Assembly (NCBI GenBank): GCA_963846575.1
Contig: CAWJWJ010000002.1
Span: forward strand, 2,464,001 to 2,528,000
Source: an uncultured Nitrospiraceae bacterium
Lineage (GTDB): Bacteria > Nitrospirota > Nitrospiria > Nitrospirales > Nitrospiraceae
DNA: 64,000 nt
Direction: 5' to 3'
Shown here: piece by piece, positions 48,950 to 59,284 of the stretch
Layout: each line of letters starts with the position of its first letter
Numbering within the stretch: position 1 is the first letter of the stretch
Made by a program: the position numbers and the translations under genes
Notes under the pieces: generated by a model
Told to the model about the DNA's origin: nothing
Databases searched by the model: none
What the model saw: only the letters and a program-made list of their open reading frames with translations

Positions 48950-50764
48950 ATGATCTTGAAACGCTGGCTTGTTGGCCTGCCACTCAAGACGAAGGAAGCC
49001 GCTCACGAACGCCTTTCCAAGCGACTCGCCCTAGCCGTCTTTTCCTCCGATGCCCTTTCCTCGGTGGCCTACGCCACGGAGGAAATCCTGCTCGTCCTGA
49101 CCCTGGCCGGCACGGCCATGGTGGGGTACTCCATTCCGCTCAGCCTTTCCATTGTCGGCCTCCTCGCCATCCTCACCATGTCCTATCGGCAAATAATCTT
49201 TGAATATCCGGATGGTGGCGGCGCCTATATTGTCGGCAAGTCCAACCTCGGTGAATGGCCTGGTCTGGTTGCGGCAGCCGCCTTGATGATCGACTACGTC
49301 CTGACAGTGGCGGTCAGCGTTGCGGCCGGAATGGCTGCGCTGACCTCCGCCGTTCCATCTCTCCTTCCGCATCGGGAAACGCTGTGCTTTGCGGCCATCG
49401 TTCTGGTGACCCTGGTCAATTTGCGGGGGGTGCGCGAATCGGGGCAGTTTTTTGCCATCCCGACCTACATCTTCATCGGCAGCCTCGCGGCCATGCTCGG
49501 CGTGGGGGCCGTCCAGATTCTCTTCGGTCACGCAGCGAGGATCGAACCGCCTCCCAGCATCGCTGTCACGGAACCATTGACCCTGTTTCTGCTGCTCCGC
49601 GCCTTTTCGTCCGGTTGTACCGCTCTCACCGGAGTGGAAGTCATTTCCAACGGCGTGTCTGCGTTCAAAAAACCTGAACCGAAGAACGCTGCCTTCACGA
49701 TGACCGGCATGGCCGCAATCCTCGGCACCCTGTTCATCGGCATCAGCGCCATGGCCTATTACTTCGGCATCGTTCCAAAGGGAGACGAGACCGTCGTGTC
49801 TCAAATTGCGCGCGCCACCTTCGGGACCGGCCCTCTGTATTTCCTGGTACAGGCTTCGACCATGGTCATCTTAATCTTGGCGGCCAACAGCAGCTTCAAT
49901 GGATTCCCCAGGCTGGCGTCGATTCTGGCACGCGATAGTTACATGCCGCACCAGATGTCCATGATGGGTGACCGGCTGGTGTTCTCCAACGGCGTGATCA
50001 TTCTGGGGGTGTTTTCCTGCCTGTTAATCCTCCTGTTCAATGGCGACACCCACGCCCTCATTCCACTCTATGCCGTGGGCGTCTTTCTCTCTTTCACGAT
50101 CTCGCAAGCCGGCATGGTGAAGCGCTGGCTCATCAAGAAAGGGCCGCACTGGGAGAAGAAACTGCTGGTCAATGGAATCGGCGCGGTCACGACCGGGATT
50201 GCCACGCTGATCATCGCGAGTACGAAATTTACTCACGGGGCCTGGATCGTCATCGTCCTGATTCCCCTCTTGATCATGCTGTTTCGAACCATCCGTGCCC
50301 ACTACAAAGCCGTCTCCGAACAGGTGGCGCTCTCGCGAGATCATCGTCCTCCCATGCCCCGCCGCAATATCGTTGTTCTTCCCATCGGAGGGGTTAACCG
50401 AGCCGTGATTCGGGCAGTCGACTACGCACGCAGCCGCTCGGGAGACATTCGCGCCGTGCTCGTCGACGTCGACTCGGAGGAAACTGCCCGGGTGGAGATT
50501 CAATGGGCCCAATGGGGCTGTGGTGTCCCGCTGGCAGTTTTGCCATCTCCTTACCGTTCGGTGTTGAGCTCTCTGCTGGAATATATCGAACAGGTTCTTC
50601 AGAAGGACCAGGAGTGTTGGGTGACCGTCGTCATTCCAGAAATCCTCCCGGCGCGTTGGTGGCAAAATATCCTCCACAATCAACGTGCACTTATGCTCAA
50701 GGGCGCTCTTCTATTCAAGGATCGCGTGATTCTGACCGACGTCCCCTACCATCTGACGAGGTGA
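48950..50764 (+). CDS. APC-superfamily KimA/YdaO-like (K+) transporter
   Basis: SSDALSSVAYATEE, YPDGGGAY, DYVLTVAVS, ALTGVEVISNGV, LIPLYAVGVF, and C-terminal SPYRS and LHNQ. Confidence 0.88.
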   Translation: MILKRWLVGLPLKTKEAAHERLSKRLALAVFSSDALSSVAYATEEILLVLTLAGTAMVGYSIPLSLSIVGLLAILTMSYRQIIFEYPDGGGAYIVGKSNLGEWPGLVAAAALMIDYVLTVAVSVAAGMAALTSAVPSLLPHRETLCFAAIVLVTLVNLRGVRESGQFFAIPTYIFIGSLAAMLGVGAVQILFGHAARIEPPPSIAVTEPLTLFLLLRAFSSGCTALTGVEVISNGVSAFKKPEPKNAAFTMTGMAAILGTLFIGISAMAYYFGIVPKGDETVVSQIARATFGTGPLYFLVQASTMVILILAANSSFNGFPRLASILARDSYMPHQMSMMGDRLVFSNGVIILGVFSCLLILLFNGDTHALIPLYAVGVFLSFTISQAGMVKRWLIKKGPHWEKKLLVNGIGAVTTGIATLIIASTKFTHGAWIVIVLIPLLIMLFRTIRAHYKAVSEQVALSRDHRPPMPRRNIVVLPIGGVNRAVIRAVDYARSRSGDIRAVLVDVDSEETARVEIQWAQWGCGVPLAVLPSPYRSVLSSLLEYIEQVLQKDQECWVTVVIPEILPARWWQNILHNQRALMLKGALLFKDRVILTDVPYHLTR

Positions 50765-50768
50765 CGGT

Positions 50769-51890
50769 ATGACCAACACAACCACCAGGAATCCCCGGAA
50801 CATCCTATCAATTGGATATCTTTTCGCTGCAGGAATGTTTCTGAGCCTGCTCTCCGGCCAGGCGTCGGCCTTCCGCCTCATCTCACCGGCCGACGGGTCC
50901 ACCTTGGTTTCAGGTCAATCAGTCCCGGTCGAAGTCGACGCCAGCCGGGAGGCCGGTCTTTTCGAAGTGCGTTACTACTGGTACCAGGAGCAAACCGAAT
51001 CTCTCGTGGAGCAAGGAGAAAAGGGGGCCAGCAAGCCGAGCCGGGGAGCCACCATGGCGACGGGTCAGTACTGGCGGAAGGACAGTGTGACGGACGCTCC
51101 CGTGGTGGCGATCCCAGCCATGACCGCCACCATTAACGAAGTACCGCCGTACGGCGGGAATTTGCCCATTCCCCCGGACGCAATCGGCCGCATGCGACTC
51201 CTGGCCATCGCCGAGATTTCACAAGGCCGTCTGGGCCAAAGGGCCGACTTCGATGAGGTATTCGTGATGGTGCAGCCGGAGGCGGAGTTGGTCTCGATCA
51301 GCTTCGAAACCGAAAAACCTCTACAACTCGGGCGAACCGGGCAGTCTTCCGCCTTCGGGCATGTGGATTCGCTCGGCAAGATCTTCGAACTCCCGGTCGT
51401 CGGGGAGTTCGCAGACGGGATTCCACGCCCTCTCTCCTCACCCACCACAGGCACGACATACACTTCCGGCGACGAGCGCATCATTAAAGTATTACCCGAG
51501 GGGCTGTTGCAAATCGTGGGGAAGGGGAAGACCTCACTGACGGTGTCCAATCGAGGCAAGGAGGCAACTCTCGACATACGGGTTGACGTCAATGATGAAC
51601 CCAATGACCCTCCCGTTGCAGATGCCGGGACCGCAATGGCAGTCAAGGCTGGCTCTAAGGTCAGGTTGAACGGATTACGCAGTCGAGACCCGGAGGGGGA
51701 ATCGCTGTTCTACGCCTGGAGCCAGGTCCGCGGGAGCAAGGTGGCGATGCTCGACGTCAACATGCCGACTCCGACATTTACCGCACCCTATGTGGCCGAA
51801 AAACGCACCTTCCGCTTTAAGCTTCGCGTGACGGATAAGAAGGGCGCGGATGGTGTACCGGCCTACGTAGACGTGCGGGTCGAGCCCTAG
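50769..51890 (+). CDS. Exported protein with Ig-like/PKD-like C-terminal domain
   Basis: Signal peptide ending ASA, NDPPVADAG..LNG..SRDPEG..YAWSQ and F.LRVTD. Confidence 0.8.
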   Translation: MTNTTTRNPRNILSIGYLFAAGMFLSLLSGQASAFRLISPADGSTLVSGQSVPVEVDASREAGLFEVRYYWYQEQTESLVEQGEKGASKPSRGATMATGQYWRKDSVTDAPVVAIPAMTATINEVPPYGGNLPIPPDAIGRMRLLAIAEISQGRLGQRADFDEVFVMVQPEAELVSISFETEKPLQLGRTGQSSAFGHVDSLGKIFELPVVGEFADGIPRPLSSPTTGTTYTSGDERIIKVLPEGLLQIVGKGKTSLTVSNRGKEATLDIRVDVNDEPNDPPVADAGTAMAVKAGSKVRLNGLRSRDPEGESLFYAWSQVRGSKVAMLDVNMPTPTFTAPYVAEKRTFRFKLRVTDKKGADGVPAYVDVRVEP

Positions 51891-52266
51891 CTCCCGACGT
51901 CCCCTAGTCCAATCGGCCTCTCGGCCTGTCTCCCCACGACATCTGCAGGAACTATCCCTCCTATACCTCCCGTTGTCCCATCGTGGCGCTCGTTGCGCCA
52001 TCTGCACGGTTGGCCGGATGGCCAGGCCATCGGCTCGACCAGTCTTGTTCCTTTCATGCGAATGCTCAACCTATCTGCCCGGATACGATGAGCGCTTTTC
52101 ACCGCTTGAATCTCACCTCATCACCAAATCAGAGAAAAAAAGCCGACCCTGATCCCGCCTTGAACCCGATCTGTCCTGACTGATCAACTGTGTTACTATT
52201 CGGTGCAACTGTTCCCGAATATTCTTCGCCGGTTTTCCCGCTGCATATTTGAAAAGGAGGCCTCTC

Positions 52267-52818
52267 GTGGCACTGATTCAACAAGACCTCGTTCCCGGTA
52301 GCGGGGATCAGCTCCTGACCCTGGATACCGACAGCAACCTTCAGTGGTTGAACCTCACCGTGACCGCTGGTCGCTCCTACAATGAAGTGATGGGAGGGTT
52401 CGGCGGATTTACCACGACACATGGCTTTCAATATGCTGACGGCGCCCAAATCGGAGAACTATGCGCTCATGCGGGCATTACTAAGGGCCTGACGGAACCG
52501 GCCTTTACGCCTTCCCCCAACGACGCCAAGAATCACTACGGCACGGAGGCGCTCCAGAATTTCATGAACGGCAAAACTCTCATCGGATCTGTAGTCCACA
52601 GCCGCGGAATCATGAAACCACCAGCGCCTCCATCCAACGTGTCGTCGTCGATTCTGGGCACCCTCCACACGTTTCTCAATCTCCTGGATATCAGCGCGTC
52701 CCACACGGAAAGCGAAGGCCCGACGGCCGATCCCCAGGTAGGCAATCCCGAGATTGGCTCTTATCTGGTGAGAGTCCGACCGGCACCTGTCAGTGGGAAG
52801 AAGCCAGCGGCCAAGTAA
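52267..52818 (+). CDS. Hypothetical protein
   Basis: GTG start after AGGAGG. It contains LDTDSNLQWLNL..GRSYNEV..GFQYA and ends GSYLVR plus a short tail. Confidence 0.6.
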   Translation: MALIQQDLVPGSGDQLLTLDTDSNLQWLNLTVTAGRSYNEVMGGFGGFTTTHGFQYADGAQIGELCAHAGITKGLTEPAFTPSPNDAKNHYGTEALQNFMNGKTLIGSVVHSRGIMKPPAPPSNVSSSILGTLHTFLNLLDISASHTESEGPTADPQVGNPEIGSYLVRVRPAPVSGKKPAAK

Positions 52819-52880
52819 TGTAAACAGAGATTCCCGGCTTCGCACACGCAAGTCAGGTATACCGCAATAGATCTGAGCGG

Positions 52881-52913
52881 CGGACGTCGGTGGCATGTGA
52901 CTACCGATGTCCG
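52881..52913. terminator. Hairpin between convergent genes (possible bidirectional terminator)
   Basis: cggacgtcggtgg-catgtga-ctaccgatgtccg, a 13 bp stem with G:U pairs. Confidence 0.55.
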
Positions 52914-52961
52914 TTCGTTCCGTCGGTCCGTCGTCGAGTAGCCTTGCGCTCAAGTCCGAGT

Positions 52962-54509
52962 TCAGACCAGACCACAGGTCTCCCGTGCACGAACGAGGTT
53001 GGCCCGATGCCGACGCAGGGCGGGACCGAATGAAGACCGGCTGACTGCAGCCTCATGCTTCCGCATGTGGCGTTCGACATGGTCCATCGTTTCCGCCAAT
53101 TGGTCTACTAATCTGTTACCCGCGCTCGTGAGCCATTTCAACTGACGGCCGGCGTACTCCAGATCCAGAAGGGAATAACGAACCGAGTCAATTTCTTCCA
53201 GACAACGAAATCGTGCACGTAGGAGGTCACGCGGTGTCAATCCTGTTTCCTTCCACTTCCGCCTCCCGGCCGTGGTTTCAGCCCACGCGGATAGCCGGCC
53301 GAACAGCACCGCTCCCATTGTAAACGTGAACGTGGCATGGAGAATGCCTCTCAACGGCCGCAAGGTCCGGCGCCAGGGCGAGTAGAAAATCTCCTGATTT
53401 TGATCGTTCTTGTAGAGCACGTTTTTTCGCAGCAGCAGGTTGAGGTGATGGTGGCTATTCTCATGAATGAGATCATCGATCAAATCGAGTCGGTCGCGGT
53501 CGAAACAGTTGATTACGGACAATCCGGGACGATGCCGGAAGCTGAAACTCACGACACCGGAGGCTTTCAGCGGAGCGATCCGCGAGGTGAACAAGGCCAG
53601 GAGTCGATTCCCTTCCGGCCAGGCCGACTCAATGACTGCCAACGCCCCCTGCATGCGCGTCGCCATCTCTGGCCTCGTCGGCCGCACCGCCACCGGAGAC
53701 CGGTCTTTGCCATACACCAACGTCGGCCCCAGCGAGAGCACACCGTGGTCGGTATCGCGCAACCAGCGAGGCTCGACGCGGCGCCAATGCCAGCGTTCCT
53801 CACCACCATAGTCAACGATGGGATACGACTGCTTGCCGACGAGCAAGTCGATGCCTGAGGCCCTGATCACAAACTTTGCCTGCCCTGCTGTGCGCGTGAG
53901 CGCTTGTCGCACCACGCGAGGCGCTTCATACCAGACGCCGGCCGTGCCGATCATACAGACCCCGGAGAGTTCGACCCGCTCCATATTCGCGTTCAGATCA
54001 GCGGGCACCAGCCAACTCTTCTGTCGTTTCTTCGCCATCCACTCGCTAGCCAGCCGAGGTGCTAGGCAGACAGACTCCTGCACCACTTCCTGCGTCAATC
54101 GCTGGCAGAGTGAAGTGAGGCGCGATTGCAGCCGACGGGGTTCAGGCGTCCCGTCTGGAAATATCTCATCCGCATACCCGTGTTCATAGAACTTCTCTCT
54201 GAACTCCACCCGTAGCTGATCGGCAAGATCCCGGCAAGATCGCTCCTGCCTGACCTGGCCCAAGATGTCGACAAAATAGAGCAGGTCATTCAACGCCTCA
54301 ATCCATCCCACCAACTTCCAGTTGCTGAACTCTGCCGGAGACAAAGCGCGTTCGATCTCCCGAAACCACTCGACCGGTAATCGAAGGGACTGAGCAGGCT
54401 CCGCATAATTCCGTTCGAAATCGCAGCACAGGTCCTTCAACAAACGACGCATCGAACGACCAAACTCCGCCATGAGCCGGTCAAGATATCGAATATCCAG
54501 CAATGTCAT
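52962..54509 (-). CDS. aKG-HExxH family peptide-modifying enzyme
   Basis: LIHENSHHHL followed by YSPWRRTLRPLRGILHA, the family PWR.D.RP..G.LH signature. Start MTLL at 54509. Confidence 0.82.
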   Translation of the reverse strand: MTLLDIRYLDRLMAEFGRSMRRLLKDLCCDFERNYAEPAQSLRLPVEWFREIERALSPAEFSNWKLVGWIEALNDLLYFVDILGQVRQERSCRDLADQLRVEFREKFYEHGYADEIFPDGTPEPRRLQSRLTSLCQRLTQEVVQESVCLAPRLASEWMAKKRQKSWLVPADLNANMERVELSGVCMIGTAGVWYEAPRVVRQALTRTAGQAKFVIRASGIDLLVGKQSYPIVDYGGEERWHWRRVEPRWLRDTDHGVLSLGPTLVYGKDRSPVAVRPTRPEMATRMQGALAVIESAWPEGNRLLALFTSRIAPLKASGVVSFSFRHRPGLSVINCFDRDRLDLIDDLIHENSHHHLNLLLRKNVLYKNDQNQEIFYSPWRRTLRPLRGILHATFTFTMGAVLFGRLSAWAETTAGRRKWKETGLTPRDLLRARFRCLEEIDSVRYSLLDLEYAGRQLKWLTSAGNRLVDQLAETMDHVERHMRKHEAAVSRSSFGPALRRHRANLVRARETCGLV

Positions 54510-54781
54510 GCCTGCACACCCTTTCTGGTCCAAGCCGTCTGTGCGGGCGCACTCTACGCGACTGTTCGAGCCCCTGACAAGGCAAAGCCGGGCAAGCAGG
54601 AAGTGCAAGACCGTCAGTTCAGTGCAACAGCAACGCATCCAGCCTATGGCTGAGACAACATCGGCGCTGTGGGATATCTATGTTGTTGAGGGAAAACCTG
54701 GATGGGAGTGATGGGCGGATCCTAGTAGGGCAAGGCGGGAGCCGCGTCGCTATCTCCAGTGGGGCTCCGAAAAAGCCCCAC

Positions 54782-55009
54782 TCATGCCGTCAACTTAATG
54801 AGATCATACAGGAATGGTTTCTCCGGCGAACATTCCGCGACCGGGCGGAGATGGGAATTTCGCACCATCCGGTTACGCTGGATCAGCGGGTCGACCACAT
54901 TCCCGCAACTCAGACAGCGAAAGCCCTCCAGTCGCATGGGGTGGAAACTTTCCTGGAGATCCAGCAAATCATCCGAAACCATCAACCCTTCACATCGTGT
55001 GCACGTCAT
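54782..55009 (-). CDS. Small zinc-ribbon protein (75 aa)
   Basis: MTCTRCEGLMV...FRCLSCGNVVDP, with a GGAGG RBS 5' of the ATG at 55009. Confidence 0.78.
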   Translation of the reverse strand: MTCTRCEGLMVSDDLLDLQESFHPMRLEGFRCLSCGNVVDPLIQRNRMVRNSHLRPVAECSPEKPFLYDLIKLTA

Positions 55010-55098
55010 GAATCGCCTCCCTCGGACAACTGGTCGGGTATGGCCCAAATCTCCGTTCTCATCTGTGGACAACTCCGCGGCCATTCGGGGATAAATGA

Positions 55099-55114
55099 AG
55101 CAATGTGGATGCCA
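55099..55114 (-). promoter_or_regulatory. sigma54 -24/-12 promoter TGGCATCCACATTGCT
   Basis: The GG-N10-GC spacing is exact. It lies 90 nt upstream of the zinc-ribbon ATG. Confidence 0.75.
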
Positions 55115-55332
55115 GCCCGATTCCCACTCAATTCTCGGACAGTCCGGACAGGTCGTGCGAAAGAAAATCCCTGCTTCTCGCCACCAATTGATCAGCGCTG
55201 ACTCAATTGGTCTCATCAGACAGAATTGGGTAGAATCGGGTACCCTTATTGAACAGAGCCCTGTCCCTGTAATCAGCAAGGTCACATCGGTCCTCGACTT
55301 GGTTCTCAACGCCACACAGAGAGTCTCCGGAA

Positions 55333-56769
55333 ATGGCGCTCACTGCGACAGAAATTGGTTCCATTGTTCAGGAACTGGCTCCGGCTCTCACTGGGGGCTG
55401 GATTCAAAAGATCACCCAACCACTCCCTGAGGTCCTGTTGTTGGAGGTTCGCGTCCCTGGACAGACTCATCGAGTCCTCTGTTCGGTGCATGAGGAGACC
55501 GCACGGATACACCTCGTTCGTCAGGGCCTCCCTAATCCCCCCACGCCGCCCTCTTTCTGTCAATTGCTGCGAGCCCGCGTACAAGGGGCCCGGATCGACG
55601 CTCTCCGTCGCATTGCACAGGACCGGATCATCCGTATTGATCTCACGAGCCGGGATGGTCCTGCCTCCTTAATCGCGGAACTATTCGGCCGGAAGGCAGA
55701 CGTGCTGTTCCTTGACGGAGAGGAGCGTGTACTCGCCACGCTTCGACACAGCAGAGAACGGAGCGGTAAGCCCTATGAAGCCCCGGCGCAGTCACGGTCC
55801 CTTCCCCAAGGAAGGATCGAACCGAGGCACTCATCGGACGCCGAGCCTTTTCCTCTTTCTCTCAAACTGGATGCGATGTATCGTGCACGCGAGGCGGACC
55901 TGACCCTCCTCGCGCAACGTCGGGCACGCGAATCCGCTCTGCGAAAAACTCTCAAGAAGCATGTTCGCCGCATGGCGGGACTGCGCCGTGACCTCGATCA
56001 GGCGGCGAAATACGAACCCTATGCGCGCTATGGTGAATTGCTCAAAGCCAATCTCGGATTGTTGAAAAGAGGGCTCGTCAACGTGGACGTGGTAGATTAT
56101 TACGACGAGCGGCTCCCTGAGTTGACGATTCCCCTCGACCCGACCAAGTCCCCCCAGGCCAACATGGATGCGTACTTCGGTAAGTATCGAAAATTTGTGT
56201 CCGCCCAACGGGAAATCGCACCCCGCCTGGCGGCCATTGAGGCCGAGATCCAGCAGGTTCAGGCCGAGTTAACGGCCATTCAGAATGGAACCTGGCAGCC
56301 GTCGACCGCCGATGAAGATCGTGCGCCGCGATCCTCCTTGGTGATCACTCGCCGACAAGCATCCGTCCAGGAACGGCGCGGGCCCTTTAGGCGGTTCATC
56401 TCATCCGACGGCCATCTCATTTTCGTGGGACGGAATGCCCGCGAAAACGACGCACTGACCTTTAGTCACGCCAAGAGCGAGGACCTCTGGCTGCATGCCC
56501 ATGGCAGTCCCGGTTCTCATGTCGTGGTCCGCCTGGAGAAGGGAGCCGACCCGCCCCCGGAAACGCTAAAAGATGCCGCCACGTTAGCCCTTCTTTATAG
56601 CGATCTGAAAAAGAGCGGGAAGGGGGAGGTGATCTACACCCGACGGAAGTGGGTCCGGAAAGCCAAGGGTCAGGCTCCCGGGGCTGTCACAGTCACCCAG
56701 GAAAAAGCCTTGTACGTGACACTCGACCCGCGGCGCCTCAGCGCCATGAAGGAACGCTCTCAGCCCTGA
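55333..56769 (+). CDS. rqcH: Rqc2/RqcH (FbpA, NFACT) ribosome quality-control protein
   Basis: WIQKITQP, PPSFCQLLR, DRII, ELFGR, VGRNAREND, LWLHAHGSPGSHV and VIYTRRKWVRK. Confidence 0.88.
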   Translation: MALTATEIGSIVQELAPALTGGWIQKITQPLPEVLLLEVRVPGQTHRVLCSVHEETARIHLVRQGLPNPPTPPSFCQLLRARVQGARIDALRRIAQDRIIRIDLTSRDGPASLIAELFGRKADVLFLDGEERVLATLRHSRERSGKPYEAPAQSRSLPQGRIEPRHSSDAEPFPLSLKLDAMYRAREADLTLLAQRRARESALRKTLKKHVRRMAGLRRDLDQAAKYEPYARYGELLKANLGLLKRGLVNVDVVDYYDERLPELTIPLDPTKSPQANMDAYFGKYRKFVSAQREIAPRLAAIEAEIQQVQAELTAIQNGTWQPSTADEDRAPRSSLVITRRQASVQERRGPFRRFISSDGHLIFVGRNARENDALTFSHAKSEDLWLHAHGSPGSHVVVRLEKGADPPPETLKDAATLALLYSDLKKSGKGEVIYTRRKWVRKAKGQAPGAVTVTQEKALYVTLDPRRLSAMKERSQP

Positions 56770-57084
56770 ACACCGTGGATCTTAGGAACGGGTCAGCAGC
56801 GAACCTGTCCTGCCCGCATAACCATTCCTCCCCGCTCGATCAGGCATTGCAGTACGCGCCACCCGTACACACGACTTCGTCCTACATTCTCGCCCGATGC
56901 TTAAGCCGACGCGCCTACCGAGGACCGTCGCGGCACCACCTGGACTTCTTTCAACTTGAATTTTTTACCCGGATCGGGCTATCTGGCGTGACGCGAACCC
57001 ATGGTTCCATGGCTCGCGGCGAACCAGGCGCCCGTGACGCTGCCTTCGTTTTTCTCCACTTCATGTACTTAAGAAGGAGTTTCC

Positions 57085-57978
57085 ATGCCAGATGGTGTCC
57101 GCGCCCCGCAGAGGGCTCACCCAATCACTCGGATTGTCCTCATGACACTGGGAATGATCTCACTAGTCGGTCATCCGGTTGCGGCTCATCCTGACACACA
57201 GGCGCCTCACTCCCAGCCACTCGACCCTCTGGCGTTGGAGGAAGAGCACCTTGTATCACCCACCGATAAAATTACCAAACCGGTCGACACCGATGCCGAA
57301 GCCATGCGCCACAACGACCTCGGTGTGGCCTTTGTCTTTAAGGGAGATCTCGGCCAGGCCATTGACGAATTCACCCATGCGCTTCGACTTCAAACGAATT
57401 ATTTCGCCGCGCATCTCAACCTGGCCAATACGTTACTGGATATCGGGAAACATGACGAGGCGATTGCAGAATACCAGGCCGCCCTGCGGCTTAAACCCGA
57501 TGACCTGAAGGCCCACAACGATCTGGGGGTGGCCCTGAAGGAAATGGGGGATCTTGCGGGAGCCATGGCCGAGTTTAAAACGGTGTTGCGGCGGCGTCCC
57601 AGCGATGTCAACGCGCATAACAACCTCGGTGTGGTTCTAAAGGGTATGGGCGATCTTGACGGCGCTCTCGCAGAATATCGCACGGCGGCCGATCTTCAGC
57701 CACACGACATCAACGCACACTTCAACCTGGGTCTGGCCTTGATGGAGAAGCAGAACCCGGAGGCTGCCATTAACGAGTTCCGCACCGCGCTCCATCTGCG
57801 GCCCGACGATGCAAAAATCCGCTTTAACCTCGGACAGGCCTTGGCACTCACAGGTCAGCGGATGGAAGCGGCCCAGGAGTTGCGCCAGTACCTCCGGCTG
57901 GAACTCGATACCCCCGCGAACCGGCGGTGGATCGAGCAGGCCGAGGCGAAACTTCGAGATCTCGAGATGCCTCAGTGA
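57085..57978 (+). CDS. Exported TPR-repeat protein
   Basis: Signal-like N-terminus and about 6 tandem AH.NLG.AL TPRs. Confidence 0.88.
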   Translation: MPDGVRAPQRAHPITRIVLMTLGMISLVGHPVAAHPDTQAPHSQPLDPLALEEEHLVSPTDKITKPVDTDAEAMRHNDLGVAFVFKGDLGQAIDEFTHALRLQTNYFAAHLNLANTLLDIGKHDEAIAEYQAALRLKPDDLKAHNDLGVALKEMGDLAGAMAEFKTVLRRRPSDVNAHNNLGVVLKGMGDLDGALAEYRTAADLQPHDINAHFNLGLALMEKQNPEAAINEFRTALHLRPDDAKIRFNLGQALALTGQRMEAAQELRQYLRLELDTPANRRWIEQAEAKLRDLEMPQ

Positions 57979-58126
57979 TTCGCATGCGCCACATCCATCG
58001 GACCCAGACTGGACGTCTCCGTAGGCCCGGAACCGCGTTCGGCACAATTTCCTCGTCACACCCTCGCCGACGGCGTTCCGCTTACGATACAGTCCTCCCC
58101 GGCTGTCACTAGATGGGACCTCCGCC

Positions 58127-58837
58127 ATGACTATCGTTAAGCCTCGGCCTCTGTCGCACCTACTCATTTCTCTTGGATGCATGATGCTGGCCGCCATTGG
58201 GATTCCGGTTCCAGGGCTCGTCGGACCTGTTGCTGCCGAACCAGAGCCAACGCAGACGCAACAATGGAACTTTGATACTGTCGCTCCCGGTTCATTGCCG
58301 AGTTCGTTAGTCGTCGGCACCTTGTTCGACGGGAGGCCGGCCGGCGAATGGAAAGTCATGATGACCGACCGGGCGAAAAGCGGAGGACAAGTGCTCGCGC
58401 AAGTGTTGCCGAAAGGTTCAGACCATGCCTACAAGCTTCTCTTGGTGGAAGGCACCGACAGCGGTAATCTCGATATAAGTGTATTCTACTTAGCCGTAGC
58501 CGGAAAGGCAGACCTCGGCGGGGGACTGGTTTGGCATGCGACGGATGATCGCAATTACTACCTCCTGCGTGCCAGCCTTGTTGAACAACAGGTGCGCCTC
58601 TATCGAGTCGTGAAAGGCGTGCAGCATGTTGTGAAGCAGATCAATTATGCACTGTCAGCCAGCGGTTGGCACCAGTTACGGATCATCCAGGAAGGGTGTC
58701 AGATCAGAGCGGTGTACGACCATGCCACGCTGTTTCGTGTTTGCGATAGCGCCCTCTCCGGCGGCCGAGTCGGACTCTGGACGAAAGCCGACGCCGTCAC
58801 TTATTTTGACGACCTCGAACTCCAGGTTCTCAAATAA
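58127..58837 (+). CDS. Exported concanavalin A-like beta-sandwich protein
   Basis: Signal peptide, GGGLVW, NYY, WHQLRI and GRVGLWTKADAVTYFDD. Confidence 0.7.
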   Translation: MTIVKPRPLSHLLISLGCMMLAAIGIPVPGLVGPVAAEPEPTQTQQWNFDTVAPGSLPSSLVVGTLFDGRPAGEWKVMMTDRAKSGGQVLAQVLPKGSDHAYKLLLVEGTDSGNLDISVFYLAVAGKADLGGGLVWHATDDRNYYLLRASLVEQQVRLYRVVKGVQHVVKQINYALSASGWHQLRIIQEGCQIRAVYDHATLFRVCDSALSGGRVGLWTKADAVTYFDDLELQVLK

Positions 58838-58895
58838 CCTTTTTAATGAGGGTTGCCCCCTCGGCAATCCTTGCAAACCTTTTCGCGGCGGGCAC

Positions 58896-58938
58896 AAACA
58901 AAACGGGGCAGACATCCGAGCGGATGACTGCCCCGTTT
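58896..58938. terminator. Bidirectional Rho-independent terminator
   Basis: aaacggggcag-acatccg-ag-cggatg-actgccccgttt between convergent genes. Confidence 0.8.
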
Positions 58939-58957
58939 CCTCATTTACAGAGAGTGG

Positions 58958-59284
58958 CTACCAACGATCGCGCTTGGCCCCACGATCGCCAAATCCTCCG
59001 CCCCCGCTCCGGCCCGGTCCGCCACCGGATCGCGGCTCTTGCGGACGCGCTTCATTGACGGTTAAGGTTCGTCCGCCCATGTCCGTTCCGTTCAGAGCGG
59101 CAATCGCTTTCTGTGCTTCGTCCGAGGAGGTCATTTCGACGAATCCGAAGCCTCTCGATTGCCCGGTAAACTTGTCCGTGATGATGCGGGCTGACTCAAC
59201 CGCCCCATGTACCGCGAACAGGTCACTTAACTGCTGCTCGGTCGCCGAATAGGGCAACCCGCCAACATAAATTTTGGAACCCAT
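58958..59284 (-). CDS. RRM (RNP) RNA-binding protein with Gly-rich tail
   Basis: RNP2 IYVGGL, RNP1 RGFGFVEM and VNEARP. Start MGSK at 59284 after GAGGAGG. Confidence 0.95.
   Translation of the reverse strand: MGSKIYVGGLPYSATEQQLSDLFAVHGAVESARIITDKFTGQSRGFGFVEMTSSDEAQKAIAALNGTDMGGRTLTVNEARPQEPRSGGGPGRSGGGGFGDRGAKRDRW

Noticed and set aside
48600..48950. c-di-AMP (ydaO) riboswitch upstream of the KimA-like transporter
   Set aside because: The conserved GCTGAATCC, GGGTGAAT and AGCTAAC elements were not found by eye. An Rfam cmscan would be decisive.
57300..57850. Roughly 102 bp periodicity as a DNA repeat or CRISPR array
   Set aside because: It is explained by tandem 34 aa TPR coding repeats, and there are no identical repeats with spacers.
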